A stretch of DNA of 64,000 bases from Acidobacteriota bacterium. GTDB taxonomy: Bacteria > Acidobacteriota > Terriglobia > Terriglobales > Acidobacteriaceae. A program made the translations under genes and the position numbers. A model generated the notes under the pieces. That model made no database searches and was not told the origin of the DNA. It saw nothing but the letters and a program-made list of their open reading frames with translations. Position 1 is the stretch's first letter; every line of letters begins with the position of its first letter. Location: contig JAJYSV010000016.1 in the NCBI GenBank assembly GCA_021793405.1, forward strand, positions 5,184 through 69,183. The letters run 5' to 3'. This document shows, in pieces, positions 9,478-18,329 of the stretch.

Positions 9478-9521
9478 CGCTCGCCTGGAGAAAATCAGTT
9501 TCAGATATTTGGAGGGTAAGG

Positions 9522-11525
9522 ATGTTGCATGTGAAAGCTCGCGCCTTGTTTGTCATGTCTATGTTGGTCGTACTCGGCTCTTTACCCGTACTGGCGCAAT
9601 CCGGCCCGGCTGAAGCCAACTCGCCGGATCACCGGATCACTCTGCGTTTTGCTATTGTACCCGGCAAGGGGCAAGCCTCCGGAGAAGGTCAGTTGGTATA
9701 TTCGGTCGCCTTCCGCGGCAAACCAGTCCTCGAGAACTCCGCATTGAGCTTGCAGTTGGCCGATCAGCCGCCGCTCGGCGCCGCGGTGCATATTGTCGGC
9801 AGTAACGCAGGCTCCGGCGTGGACGACTACGCGCTGCTGGCAGGCAAGACCTCCGCCGTGCGGGATGCATACAACGATGTGACGGTGCAGGTGGCCGAAG
9901 GCGCGAGTCCCGGCCGCAAGTTCGCGGTCGAAGCCCGTGTGTACAACAGCGCTGTGGCTTTCCGTTATCAAGTACCGCAGCAGGCAGCGCTCGCTCGCTA
10001 TCAACTCATGCAGGAGGACACGGAGTTTCATCTGAGTGACGACGCCACTGCTTGGGCAATCCGCCTGCCGAATTACCAGACCCCATATGAAGGCGAGTAT
10101 ATGCGGCAGACGGTAGGCGCGCTGAGCAACGAGGGCGGCGTGCGTAGCGATATCCTCACCGGAGCACCGATGCTGCTGCACCTGCCCGGAGTGGCTTGGG
10201 CAGCCATCTGCGAAGCAGATACCGAGGGCAACAGCGCCATGTATCTTGAAGCTGTCCCCGGCGACTGGAAGAATCATTCCCTGATGACCAAGGTCTCCCC
10301 GCCTGTCGATGGACGCGGCCCCGCAGTCGATGCGAGTCTGCCTCACCATAGCGCCTGGCGCGTATTGCTGCTTGGCGATAGGGCGGGGGACCTGATTGAA
10401 TCGAACGCGATCAGCGATCTGAATCCGCCGAACCGCGTCGCAGATACCAGCTGGATCCATCCTGGCAAAGCTTCCTGGGATTGGTGGAGCGGCGATCTTG
10501 ACCCTGATGGGAAGCCCGCATTTACCACCAAAAACATGGAGTATTATGTCGACTTTGCCGCCAAGTCCGGCTTTCCTTACATGATGCTCGACGCCGGCTG
10601 GTCGCCGCGCTATGACATCACCAAAATGGTTGGAAATGTAGACGTGCCGGAGTTGGTGCGCTACGCCGCGAAAAAAAACGTAAAGGTATGGATCTGGGCC
10701 CACTCGAAAGCAGTTGCCGCACAGATGCAAACCGCATTTCCCTTATATGAGAAGTGGGGTGTGGTCGGCGTCAAGGTCGACTTTGTGCAGCGCAACGACC
10801 AGAAGGGCATCCAGTTCTACTACGACGTAGGGAAGCTCGCCGCCGAGCATCATCTCATGCTCGATTTTCACGGTGCGACGCCACCCTGGGGAATTGAGCG
10901 TACGTATCCGAACATACTCAACTATGAAGCCGTGCTCGGTCTCGAATACAACAAAGTGACCCGGCGCGACGGCCCACTCAATCGGACCGTCTACCCTTTT
11001 ACCCGCATGTTGAGCGGTCCGCTCGATTACACGCCGGGCGGCTTTGACAATGTGACCGAGGACGATTTCGTCGCCCGTTCCGTGCACCCCATGGTGGTGG
11101 GAACGCGCGCTCAGCAGTTGGCGCTGTACGTCGTCTTTCGAGCGCCTTTCGAGATGATTTCCGATGCCCCTTCCGCGTATGCCAATCAGCCAAGCTTTCA
11201 GTTCCTGCGCGACGTACCCACGGTTTGGGATGCGACCCGCGTACTGGCTGGTGATCCTGGCGAATTCATCACGGTCGCAAGGCGGCATGGCCGCGACTGG
11301 TACCTGGGTAGCATCACCAACTGGAGCCCGCGCACGCTAACAGTCCCGCTTGATTTTCTCGGCGGCGGTGCTTACACCGCGGAGATTTACGAGGACGCCC
11401 CCGATGCCGCGCAAAATCCGAAACACGTGTCGATCCTTAAGCAAACCGTTCACAGCAGCGACACGCTAACGCTGACGCTTGCAAAGGGCGGTGGGTGCGC
11501 CATACGCTTTGTGCCGGTCCATTAG
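9522..11525 (+). CDS. glycoside hydrolase family 97 (alpha-glucosidase/alpha-galactosidase type), secreted
   Basis: GH97-like core (MMLDAGW, KWGVVGVKVDFVQRNDQ, MLDFHGATPPWGIERTYPN). ATG 9522 after GGAGGG gives the signal peptide MLHVKARALFVMSMLVVLGSLPVLAQ. Confidence 0.8.
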   Translation: MLHVKARALFVMSMLVVLGSLPVLAQSGPAEANSPDHRITLRFAIVPGKGQASGEGQLVYSVAFRGKPVLENSALSLQLADQPPLGAAVHIVGSNAGSGVDDYALLAGKTSAVRDAYNDVTVQVAEGASPGRKFAVEARVYNSAVAFRYQVPQQAALARYQLMQEDTEFHLSDDATAWAIRLPNYQTPYEGEYMRQTVGALSNEGGVRSDILTGAPMLLHLPGVAWAAICEADTEGNSAMYLEAVPGDWKNHSLMTKVSPPVDGRGPAVDASLPHHSAWRVLLLGDRAGDLIESNAISDLNPPNRVADTSWIHPGKASWDWWSGDLDPDGKPAFTTKNMEYYVDFAAKSGFPYMMLDAGWSPRYDITKMVGNVDVPELVRYAAKKNVKVWIWAHSKAVAAQMQTAFPLYEKWGVVGVKVDFVQRNDQKGIQFYYDVGKLAAEHHLMLDFHGATPPWGIERTYPNILNYEAVLGLEYNKVTRRDGPLNRTVYPFTRMLSGPLDYTPGGFDNVTEDDFVARSVHPMVVGTRAQQLALYVVFRAPFEMISDAPSAYANQPSFQFLRDVPTVWDATRVLAGDPGEFITVARRHGRDWYLGSITNWSPRTLTVPLDFLGGGAYTAEIYEDAPDAAQNPKHVSILKQTVHSSDTLTLTLAKGGGCAIRFVPVH

Positions 11526-11656
11526 AACTTGTTGCAGCCGCGAAATAGAGACGCGACAAAGGCTCTTCGAACTCGTCTGAACGTATAGCGTGTGCCTGAA
11601 ACACCTTCCCCCGGGCGGCACGATGATTCTGAATCTTCTATTTTCTTGATAGCGAC

Positions 11657-14320
11657 ATGAATTGTTTCCTCGGGCTCGACATCGGATCATCGGCCGCAAA
11701 GGTTGGACTCTTTAGCGAGACCGGGGAATTGCTGGCGACCGCCCAATATCCGTATGTTACGGCAGAGCCCCAACCGGGATATAAAGAACAGAACCCATCC
11801 GACTGGTGGGACGCCGCCATCCATGGCATTCGCGAAGTACTTGGCGTCGTGAAGAATGCCTCTGTTCTGGCCATAGGGATCACAGGCTATATCTCCAGCC
11901 TTACGTGTATCGATGCTGAAGGCAGATCGCTGCGGCCGTCGATCGGCTTTCAAGACCAGCGTGCAGTTGCGGAAGTGGATCGCCTCTATGAAATCTACAG
12001 CCGGCCGGCATTGACCCAACTGCTGGGAGTCGATCTGCCCCCTGCGCCAACCTGGCCGTTGCCCAGGCTTCTTTGGATGCGCAAACACGAACCCGCCTTG
12101 CTCGACCGTGCTCGCTATCTGCTGCAAGCCAAGGACTATATCAATCTGCAACTGACGGGTGAAGTTGCGAGCGATCCATCCAGCAATCGCGGCATGGTCG
12201 ATTTTTCTGTCAATCGTCCGGCGACCGATGTCTTCACAAAGCTCAATCTCCCAAACCTTCTCCCGCCGCTCTTCGCACCGGAGCAGATCATCGGAAAAGT
12301 TACACAAGATGCCGCGCTCGCCACAGGACTAAAAGCCGGCGTGCCTGTCATTGCTGGCTGGAATGATCTCAATGCCTCTGTGCTGGGAAGCGGAGTTGTG
12401 CGGAGCGAGCAAGCTTTCGATGTAACTGGAACGAGCGAACATATCGGTATTGTCACCACCCTGCATTCTTCTACGGAACAGCTGATTTGTGCACCCTACT
12501 TGCCTGGAAAAAAATTGTTGTACGGTGTGATCTCGTCGGGTGGGGGCTCACTTCAGTGGTTCACTCAGTTTTCAGGTAAATCGATCGACGAGTTGCTCGC
12601 CAACACAACGCCGACTGCCGATGGATTGCTGTTTTTGCCGTACCTGGAAGGAGAACGTTCTCCGATTTGGGACCCACATGCCTCGGGCGTGCTTCTCGGA
12701 CTGCGCACCGTCCACAATCAAGGCAATGTGGCGCGTGCAATCCTCGAAGGCGTTGCGTTCGCTCTGAGGCAGAATCTTGAACTCATAGAAACCCATGCGC
12801 TTATTAGACCGGAAAAGCTGATTGCTTCAGGAGGAGCTTCAAGAATTCAGCTATGGAATCAAATCAAAGCCGACATTTGGAACAAGGAAGTTGTTACCCT
12901 GCGCAATCCACACGCCGGAATCCAGGGCGCTGCCATATTGGCGGCAGTCGCGGTTGGCTTGTATCCAGATCCTGAAACTGCGGCCGGCAAAATGACTCGG
13001 ACGATAGAAAGTTTCTATCCGTCACCCGGCAATCGCCAGCATAGGAATCGCATGTATGCACTGTACAGCGAGATTTATCCGGCGTTGCAGGCCACGCTCT
13101 CCCGGCTGAGTGCCGAAACTCTATCCAAAGCAAGTGAGGCGAGTCATATGGCACGCCAGCAACGAGCCGTTGCCTTCGGCGCAGGAAAAATCGCTCGCGG
13201 CTTCATCGCACACCTATTGACACTTTCTGGATATCGGATAACCTTTGTCGAAAAAAATCCGGGACTTGTCCATGCTTTGCGTCAGCGAGGTAAGTATTCC
13301 GTGCATATCATGGGCGCACCCGAGAGGAATATTACGATTCGAGATTTCCGTGTCTGGCAGACCGACGAAGTCGATGCAATTGCCGAGGCAGTCGCGAATG
13401 CTTCCGTGGTATTCGTCTCGATCGGAGGACCGAACCTGCCGCAGATCGCACCCCTGTTGGCGGCAGGGCTGAACAGGCGTACTACCGGCCTGAACATCAT
13501 CCTTGGAGAAAACTATTTCCAACCCGCTCAATGGTTGCGCAAACTCATCTCCGAACTTCTGCCGTCGGCACGGCAAGAATGGTTTGCGCGCGAGGTTGGA
13601 ATTATCGAAACGATGATTCTTCGCTCTACCATTGAACCTACGGACGATATGAAGGCGAACGATCCGTTGAGTCTCCAGGCGCAGGATATGTGGGAAATGC
13701 CTGCGGACAAGGAAGCATTTGTCGGCAATATTCCTCCCATTCAAGGCCTTTCACCAAAGGAAAACTTTCAGGGCGGCCTTATCCGAAAATTGTTTACTTA
13801 TAATTGCATAAATGCCGTCATCGCCTATACGGGACATCTGAAAGGGTATTTGCTATTGAGCGACGCGGCCAATGACCCGGAAATCGTAGAACTGGCGCGC
13901 AGCGCATACCGGGAAGCGAACGGCGCCCTCTGCGAACGCTATGGATTCGACCGCGAGGAGCAAAGGCAATTCGCAGAATCCGCCATCGCTAAGTATCAAA
14001 AACGAGAAATTGTCGATCCAATTGAACGGAATGCGCGCGATCCGCTTCGCAAGTTATCCCGGAATGACCGGCTAATTGGCCCTGCATGCCTGGCTCTCGA
14101 ATACGGCGCCAAGCCGATCGCGCTCAGCCGTGGAATCGCCGCCGCCTTTCTCTACAACTACCCCCAAGATCCCTCCAGCGCGGCCCTTCAGCAAATCGTC
14201 CGTGAAAGGGGTATCCGCGCCGTACTCAGCGATGTGTGTAAAATCGAGAGCGCCGGTGAATTGGCGGACTTGATCGTCAGTAGCTATCAGGATTTATGCA
14301 CTACCATCACGGTTCAGTAG
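11657..14320 (+). CDS. fusion protein: FGGY-family carbohydrate kinase (N) + mannitol-1-phosphate-5-dehydrogenase-like polyol-phosphate dehydrogenase (C)
   Basis: Single 887-aa ORF with no stop at the junction (about 13100-13150). The N-terminal half is xylulokinase/FGGY-like (FLGLDIGSSAAKVGLF ... GGGSLQW ... YLEGERSP). The C-terminal half aligns to MtlD motifs (AFGAGKIARGF, RKLFTYNCINA, RDPLRKLSRNDRLIGP). Confidence 0.8.
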   Translation: MNCFLGLDIGSSAAKVGLFSETGELLATAQYPYVTAEPQPGYKEQNPSDWWDAAIHGIREVLGVVKNASVLAIGITGYISSLTCIDAEGRSLRPSIGFQDQRAVAEVDRLYEIYSRPALTQLLGVDLPPAPTWPLPRLLWMRKHEPALLDRARYLLQAKDYINLQLTGEVASDPSSNRGMVDFSVNRPATDVFTKLNLPNLLPPLFAPEQIIGKVTQDAALATGLKAGVPVIAGWNDLNASVLGSGVVRSEQAFDVTGTSEHIGIVTTLHSSTEQLICAPYLPGKKLLYGVISSGGGSLQWFTQFSGKSIDELLANTTPTADGLLFLPYLEGERSPIWDPHASGVLLGLRTVHNQGNVARAILEGVAFALRQNLELIETHALIRPEKLIASGGASRIQLWNQIKADIWNKEVVTLRNPHAGIQGAAILAAVAVGLYPDPETAAGKMTRTIESFYPSPGNRQHRNRMYALYSEIYPALQATLSRLSAETLSKASEASHMARQQRAVAFGAGKIARGFIAHLLTLSGYRITFVEKNPGLVHALRQRGKYSVHIMGAPERNITIRDFRVWQTDEVDAIAEAVANASVVFVSIGGPNLPQIAPLLAAGLNRRTTGLNIILGENYFQPAQWLRKLISELLPSARQEWFAREVGIIETMILRSTIEPTDDMKANDPLSLQAQDMWEMPADKEAFVGNIPPIQGLSPKENFQGGLIRKLFTYNCINAVIAYTGHLKGYLLLSDAANDPEIVELARSAYREANGALCERYGFDREEQRQFAESAIAKYQKREIVDPIERNARDPLRKLSRNDRLIGPACLALEYGAKPIALSRGIAAAFLYNYPQDPSSAALQQIVRERGIRAVLSDVCKIESAGELADLIVSSYQDLCTTITVQ

Positions 14321-14332
14321 GAGCATTGCAGG

Positions 14333-15217
14333 ATGCACGACCAAACTAACCTCGTTCAGGGAACCCCGCAGCTGATAGCAGATTATGCTTGCCATACTGG
14401 AGAGAATCCGCTATGGCACCCAATGGAACATCGCCTGTATTGGTGCGATATTCCGAACGGACGTATTTTCCGTTACGACCCTGCTGCCAACCTACATGAG
14501 ATGTGTTTCGAAGGTGAGCCGATCGGCGGTTTCACTATTCAGTGTGATGGTGCGCTGTTGCTATTTATGGCCCGCGGCGCAATTGCCCGTTGGCAAAATG
14601 GCATCCTGACCACAATCATTGAGTCCATCCCGGAAGAAGCCGATTCGCGCTTTAATGACGTAATCGCCGATCCTGTCGGTCGAGTGTTTTGCGGCACCAT
14701 GTCCTCACCGAGCCATAAGGGAAGGCTGTATCGCCTCGATCGTGACGGCACTCTGACGGTGATGCTGGAAGGAATTGGCTGCTCGAATGGAATGGCGTTC
14801 ACCCACGATCAGCGTCGAATGTACTACACAGACTCCTATGCACATGAGATCTATATTTTTGACTACGACAAAGAGACAGGGTCGTTAGCGAACAAAAAGC
14901 TCTTTGCGAAGGTTTCTGAAGAAGAAGGTTTTCCCGACGGGGCAACCATCGATGCGGAAGGTTTCCTTTGGTCGGCCATGTGGGATGGCAGCTGCTTGAT
15001 TCGCTATACTCCCGACGGCAAGGAAGACCGGCGAATTCCCATACCTGCCAAGAAGGTATCCAGTTTGACCTTCGGCGGAGATACGTATTCCGATATCTAT
15101 ATAACTACCGCCGCAGGAGATCGCAGAGCGACCGACGATCCGTACGCTGGAGCACTGTTCCGCTTGCGAACTGGAATTCGCGGTGTCAAGGAATACTTTT
15201 CAACGATCGGCTCTTGA
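14333..15217 (+). CDS. SMP-30/gluconolactonase/LRE-family protein
   Basis: 294 aa. Typical N-terminus GENPLWHP...RLYWCDIPNGRIFRYDP and a beta-propeller-like repeat pattern. Confidence 0.8.
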   Translation: MHDQTNLVQGTPQLIADYACHTGENPLWHPMEHRLYWCDIPNGRIFRYDPAANLHEMCFEGEPIGGFTIQCDGALLLFMARGAIARWQNGILTTIIESIPEEADSRFNDVIADPVGRVFCGTMSSPSHKGRLYRLDRDGTLTVMLEGIGCSNGMAFTHDQRRMYYTDSYAHEIYIFDYDKETGSLANKKLFAKVSEEEGFPDGATIDAEGFLWSAMWDGSCLIRYTPDGKEDRRIPIPAKKVSSLTFGGDTYSDIYITTAAGDRRATDDPYAGALFRLRTGIRGVKEYFSTIGS

Positions 15218-15275
15218 GCATCGCTGTCTTTCGTCAACTTCAGAGCGAAGATGGATCGCTTACAGTTGGAACGGA

Positions 15276-15770
15276 TTACTTGGTTCCACGGTCAGTCTCG
15301 AACATGGCCATTGCCTCGATTTCGATCAGCAGGTCGGGGCGGCACAAAATTGCCTGAATCCCCGTCGATGCTGGCAGCGGATCGAGCCCGCGTTCACGGA
15401 AGAACCGCGTGCGGACCTCATTGAATGCATCATAGTCGCGCTCAATGTCGCGCAGATAGCAGCTCGTCCGCACCACGTCCTTCCAGGTGGCACCTTCGGC
15501 GGCCAGCAGGCCGGTAATGTTGTGCAGCGTCCTCTGGGTCTGGGCGCGAAAATCCCCGACATGGACGGTTTTGCCATGTTCATCAATGCTGGCGGTGCCG
15601 GAGATCATCAGGATCGTGACCCCTTTGATGTCCAGCCGCAGACCGCGCGAGAAGGACGATGGCTTTGCGTATTCATAGGCCTCGTTCAGCACACGCGGTT
15701 CCATGATGGCCTTTTTGGACACCGGAGTATGGGTTTGTTCCGGCGCGACGATCGTTTCTGTTGAAGACAT
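15276..15770 (-). CDS. RidA/YjgF-family (Rid) protein
   Basis: 164 aa. YjgF-like core (ISGTASIDEHGK...DFRAQTQRTLHNITGLLAAEGATWKDVVRTSCYL...IEIEAMA). Confidence 0.75.
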   Translation of the reverse strand: MSSTETIVAPEQTHTPVSKKAIMEPRVLNEAYEYAKPSSFSRGLRLDIKGVTILMISGTASIDEHGKTVHVGDFRAQTQRTLHNITGLLAAEGATWKDVVRTSCYLRDIERDYDAFNEVRTRFFRERGLDPLPASTGIQAILCRPDLLIEIEAMAMFETDRGTK

Positions 15771-15881
15771 GCAGTACCACCTTCTCGATTCAGATTCTGA
15801 AGCTACTCATCGGCGAGCGAGCCGACGTGGAAATTTCTTGTATCGAACGCAGCAAGTGGACGATTCCCGCTGCTTTGCTGC

Positions 15882-16610
15882 TTATGCGGCCCGGACGCGA
15901 TAACCGTCCGGATCTTTCCCTCGCACCCGTCGCCACCATACTTGGAACGTGGGCACGTTGACAGTGACGATAAATAGTTTCCGCAAGCTGTCGGGCGGGC
16001 ACTGGAGCGGACGCACGCCATGCCACGAATGGTCCGTGCGCTGAAAAAACAGGCTTTCATTCCCCCGCGGCACCAGCGAAGCGGCGACTTTCAGATCGTC
16101 GAACGCCGGAGCGGAATGCGGCTTGAAGCGGCCTTCGTCGTCCATCATTAGGATCTGGCCTCCCCATTCCGTTTCCCAATCCTCTTCCGTGTTGAAGTAA
16201 AAAATATGTGTTGCCAGTTTGCGCCGGGCATCGCAATGCGGCGAGACCGAACACCCCTGCCAAGCGTAGTACCACTCCATGGTGAGGATGAATTCCTGCG
16301 GCCCCAGCATGCTGCGCAGCCAGGACTGGTAGGCATCGCCTTGCAGTTCCGCAACGAATTCCTGCCAGGGTTCCGGCAACTCCATGCCGGGTCTGTAGTG
16401 CAGGATGTAGCGGTCGTGCGGAGCTTGCCCATGGCCGCGCTTGACCCCGACCTTGCGATCGAACTTCTCCACGTCCGGCATGGCGTTGCGGAGACGCTCA
16501 AACCCCTCCTCGGTCAGCGTCGCGGGAATGCTGATCCAGGGATAGGGATGTTGCGTCCGGAATGTTTCCGGGGAAAGGGCCTCGATATGCCCTGCGTCGA
16601 GATAGGTCAT
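15882..16610 (-). CDS. 2OG-Fe(II) oxygenase-superfamily protein (uncharacterised)
   Basis: HxD...H iron facial-triad candidates (SPHCDAR ... HSWHGV). ATG 16610 (MTYLDAG...) is preceded by GGAGG. The track ORF extends to 16661. Confidence 0.6.
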   Translation of the reverse strand: MTYLDAGHIEALSPETFRTQHPYPWISIPATLTEEGFERLRNAMPDVEKFDRKVGVKRGHGQAPHDRYILHYRPGMELPEPWQEFVAELQGDAYQSWLRSMLGPQEFILTMEWYYAWQGCSVSPHCDARRKLATHIFYFNTEEDWETEWGGQILMMDDEGRFKPHSAPAFDDLKVAASLVPRGNESLFFQRTDHSWHGVRPLQCPPDSLRKLFIVTVNVPTFQVWWRRVRGKDPDGYRVRAA

Positions 16611-16668
16611 ACCCAACCTCCGAAGACAGACACTCAGGAATACGGTCTCATTCCTGCGCACTTTCCTC

Positions 16669-16684
16669 GGTGACGTGCATCACA
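16669..16684. promoter_or_regulatory. Crp/Fnr-type palindrome GTGA-N6-TCAC upstream of the 2OG-oxygenase-like gene
   Basis: GGTGACGTGCATCACA. Site centre is about 66 nt upstream of ATG 16610 and downstream of the regulator stop at 16757. Confidence 0.5.
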
Positions 16685-16756
16685 GGGCCATGGGAGGCCA
16701 ATTCTGGCCACCGGCGCGCGCTTTGCAAGGGCGGGCTTCGGTTGAGTGTTTGGAGG

Positions 16757-17521
16757 CTAGCGCCGAACGGCGTCGGTTGGCGCGGGCTTGGAATGCGGAT
16801 CGGTCTGTGCGTGGAGCGCCTGCAGGTCCAGAATGACGATGCGATGGCCATGAATGGCCACGATTCCCTGCTGCACCAGCTTCTGCAGGCTGCGCGTGAC
16901 CACCTCGCGCACGGAGCCGAGCCGCGACGCGAGTTGCGTGTGCGACAGCGGCATCGAAAAAGAGACGCCATCCAGCAGCGCCGGATTTTTCCGCCGGGCC
17001 TCCTCCAGCAGCAGCGTCGCCAGCCGCTGGGTCACATCTTTCAAAGCGAGTTGCTCGGCCAGGGAAGCGACCGTGCGCAGTTTCCTGGCCAGGATCGCCA
17101 GCGCGGTGAGGGCCGCCTCAGGATGTTGCAGCAGGAAACGGCGGACATCTTCTTTCGCCAGGAACAGCAACTCTGAATCTTCTTCCGCCATGGTGGTGGA
17201 AGGATACGGGCCGCCATCGAACACGGGCACCTCGGCCAGCGTGCCGCCGACGCCCTCCACATGGATCGTCTGCTCACGGCCATCGACGTTTTCACGGAAG
17301 GCGCGCACGGAGCCGGACAACACGACATACATTCCTTCCGCCGGCTGGTTGGCGGTAAACAGGATCTGGCCACGGGAAAGCTTGCGCTCCCGGCCGCGCG
17401 CCGCCAGTTCCGCCAGGGCAGGTAAGGGCAGGTTCTGGAACCAGGCGGACTTGGCCAGCACTTCCATGCGGCGCTCAAGCGACATAGCGCCATCTTGCCG
17501 CATGGGCGTTAAGATTGGCAA
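16757..17521 (-). CDS. Crp/Fnr-family transcriptional regulator (Cys-free, Dnr/NnrR-like by context)
   Basis: cNMP-binding-like N-domain plus C-terminal HTH (HTQLASRLGSVREVVTRSLQKL). No cysteine in the whole ORF. TTG start at 17521 lies 14 nt after AGGAGG. Divergent from ytfE. Confidence 0.85.
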   Translation of the reverse strand: MPILTPMRQDGAMSLERRMEVLAKSAWFQNLPLPALAELAARGRERKLSRGQILFTANQPAEGMYVVLSGSVRAFRENVDGREQTIHVEGVGGTLAEVPVFDGGPYPSTTMAEEDSELLFLAKEDVRRFLLQHPEAALTALAILARKLRTVASLAEQLALKDVTQRLATLLLEEARRKNPALLDGVSFSMPLSHTQLASRLGSVREVVTRSLQKLVQQGIVAIHGHRIVILDLQALHAQTDPHSKPAPTDAVRR

Positions 17522-17552
17522 TTGCAGAGTTATTTCCTCCTAATGCGGGTAG

Positions 17553-17568
17553 TGTGATGAAAGTCACT
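17553..17568. promoter_or_regulatory. Crp/Fnr-type palindrome in the divergent regulator/ytfE intergenic region
   Basis: TGTGATGAAAGTCACT. Site centre is 55 nt upstream of the ytfE ATG (17616) and 39 nt upstream of the regulator start. Confidence 0.6.
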
Positions 17569-17615
17569 GAGTCCCGTGCGCTGAATCACTACTGTCGGGG
17601 CAGGAGATTTAGATC

Positions 17616-18329
17616 ATGGTCATCACCTCAGAAACACAAGTTCGCGACATTGCAGTCGAATATCCAACTACGATCCCGGTTCTGGAGCGTTTCGGTATCG
17701 ATTTTTGCTGCGGAGGGAAACATACGCTGGCGGAAGCCTGCACCAAGCGCGATGTCAACCTTGCGCCCGTGCTGGAGGAACTGGAACGCCAGCAGGAGAA
17801 CACAAATGCACCCGAGACCGACTGGCAGAACGCCCCATTGAAGGACCTAGCCGGCTACATTGTCAGCAAGCATCATGCGTTTACGCGGAACCAGATTCAG
17901 CTGATCGGCGGTTTGATGACGAAGGTGGAGGCGCGCCACGGGGAACATCATCCCGAGGTCTTTCAGATCGGTAAGGTCTTCGCCGTTGTCAGTGCCGAGC
18001 TTGCGCATCACTTCGTTTGCGAAGAAACCATCCTGTTTCCTTATATAGGCAAACTGGAAGGCGGCCAGCAAGCCGCACTGCCTCCTATGTTCGGCAGCGT
18101 GGAGCAGCCCATCACGCGCATGATGGCCGACCACGACCAGGCGGGCGAGGAGCTGCGCGAACTGCGCGGCCTCACCAATAATTACACGCCGCCGACCGCA
18201 GCCTGCCCCACGTGGCGCGCTCTCTATCGCGCTCTGGAAGACCTGGAGCAGGATCTGCACCAGCACATTCATCTGGAGAACAACATCCTTTTTCCGCGAG
18301 CATTGGCGCAAGCGAAGGGGACAGCGTGA
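17616..18329 (+). CDS. ytfE: iron-sulfur cluster repair di-iron protein (RIC/YtfE/ScdA)
   Basis: ScdA-type N-terminus (PVLERFGIDFCCGGKHTL) plus a hemerythrin-like His/Glu-rich C-domain. AGGAG lies 9 nt upstream of the ATG. Confidence 0.85.
   Translation: MVITSETQVRDIAVEYPTTIPVLERFGIDFCCGGKHTLAEACTKRDVNLAPVLEELERQQENTNAPETDWQNAPLKDLAGYIVSKHHAFTRNQIQLIGGLMTKVEARHGEHHPEVFQIGKVFAVVSAELAHHFVCEETILFPYIGKLEGGQQAALPPMFGSVEQPITRMMADHDQAGEELRELRGLTNNYTPPTAACPTWRALYRALEDLEQDLHQHIHLENNILFPRALAQAKGTA

Noticed and set aside
9582-10730. 382-aa minus-strand ORF inside the GH97 gene
   Set aside because: Antisense shadow of a well-supported gene, with a low-complexity R/G/A-rich translation.
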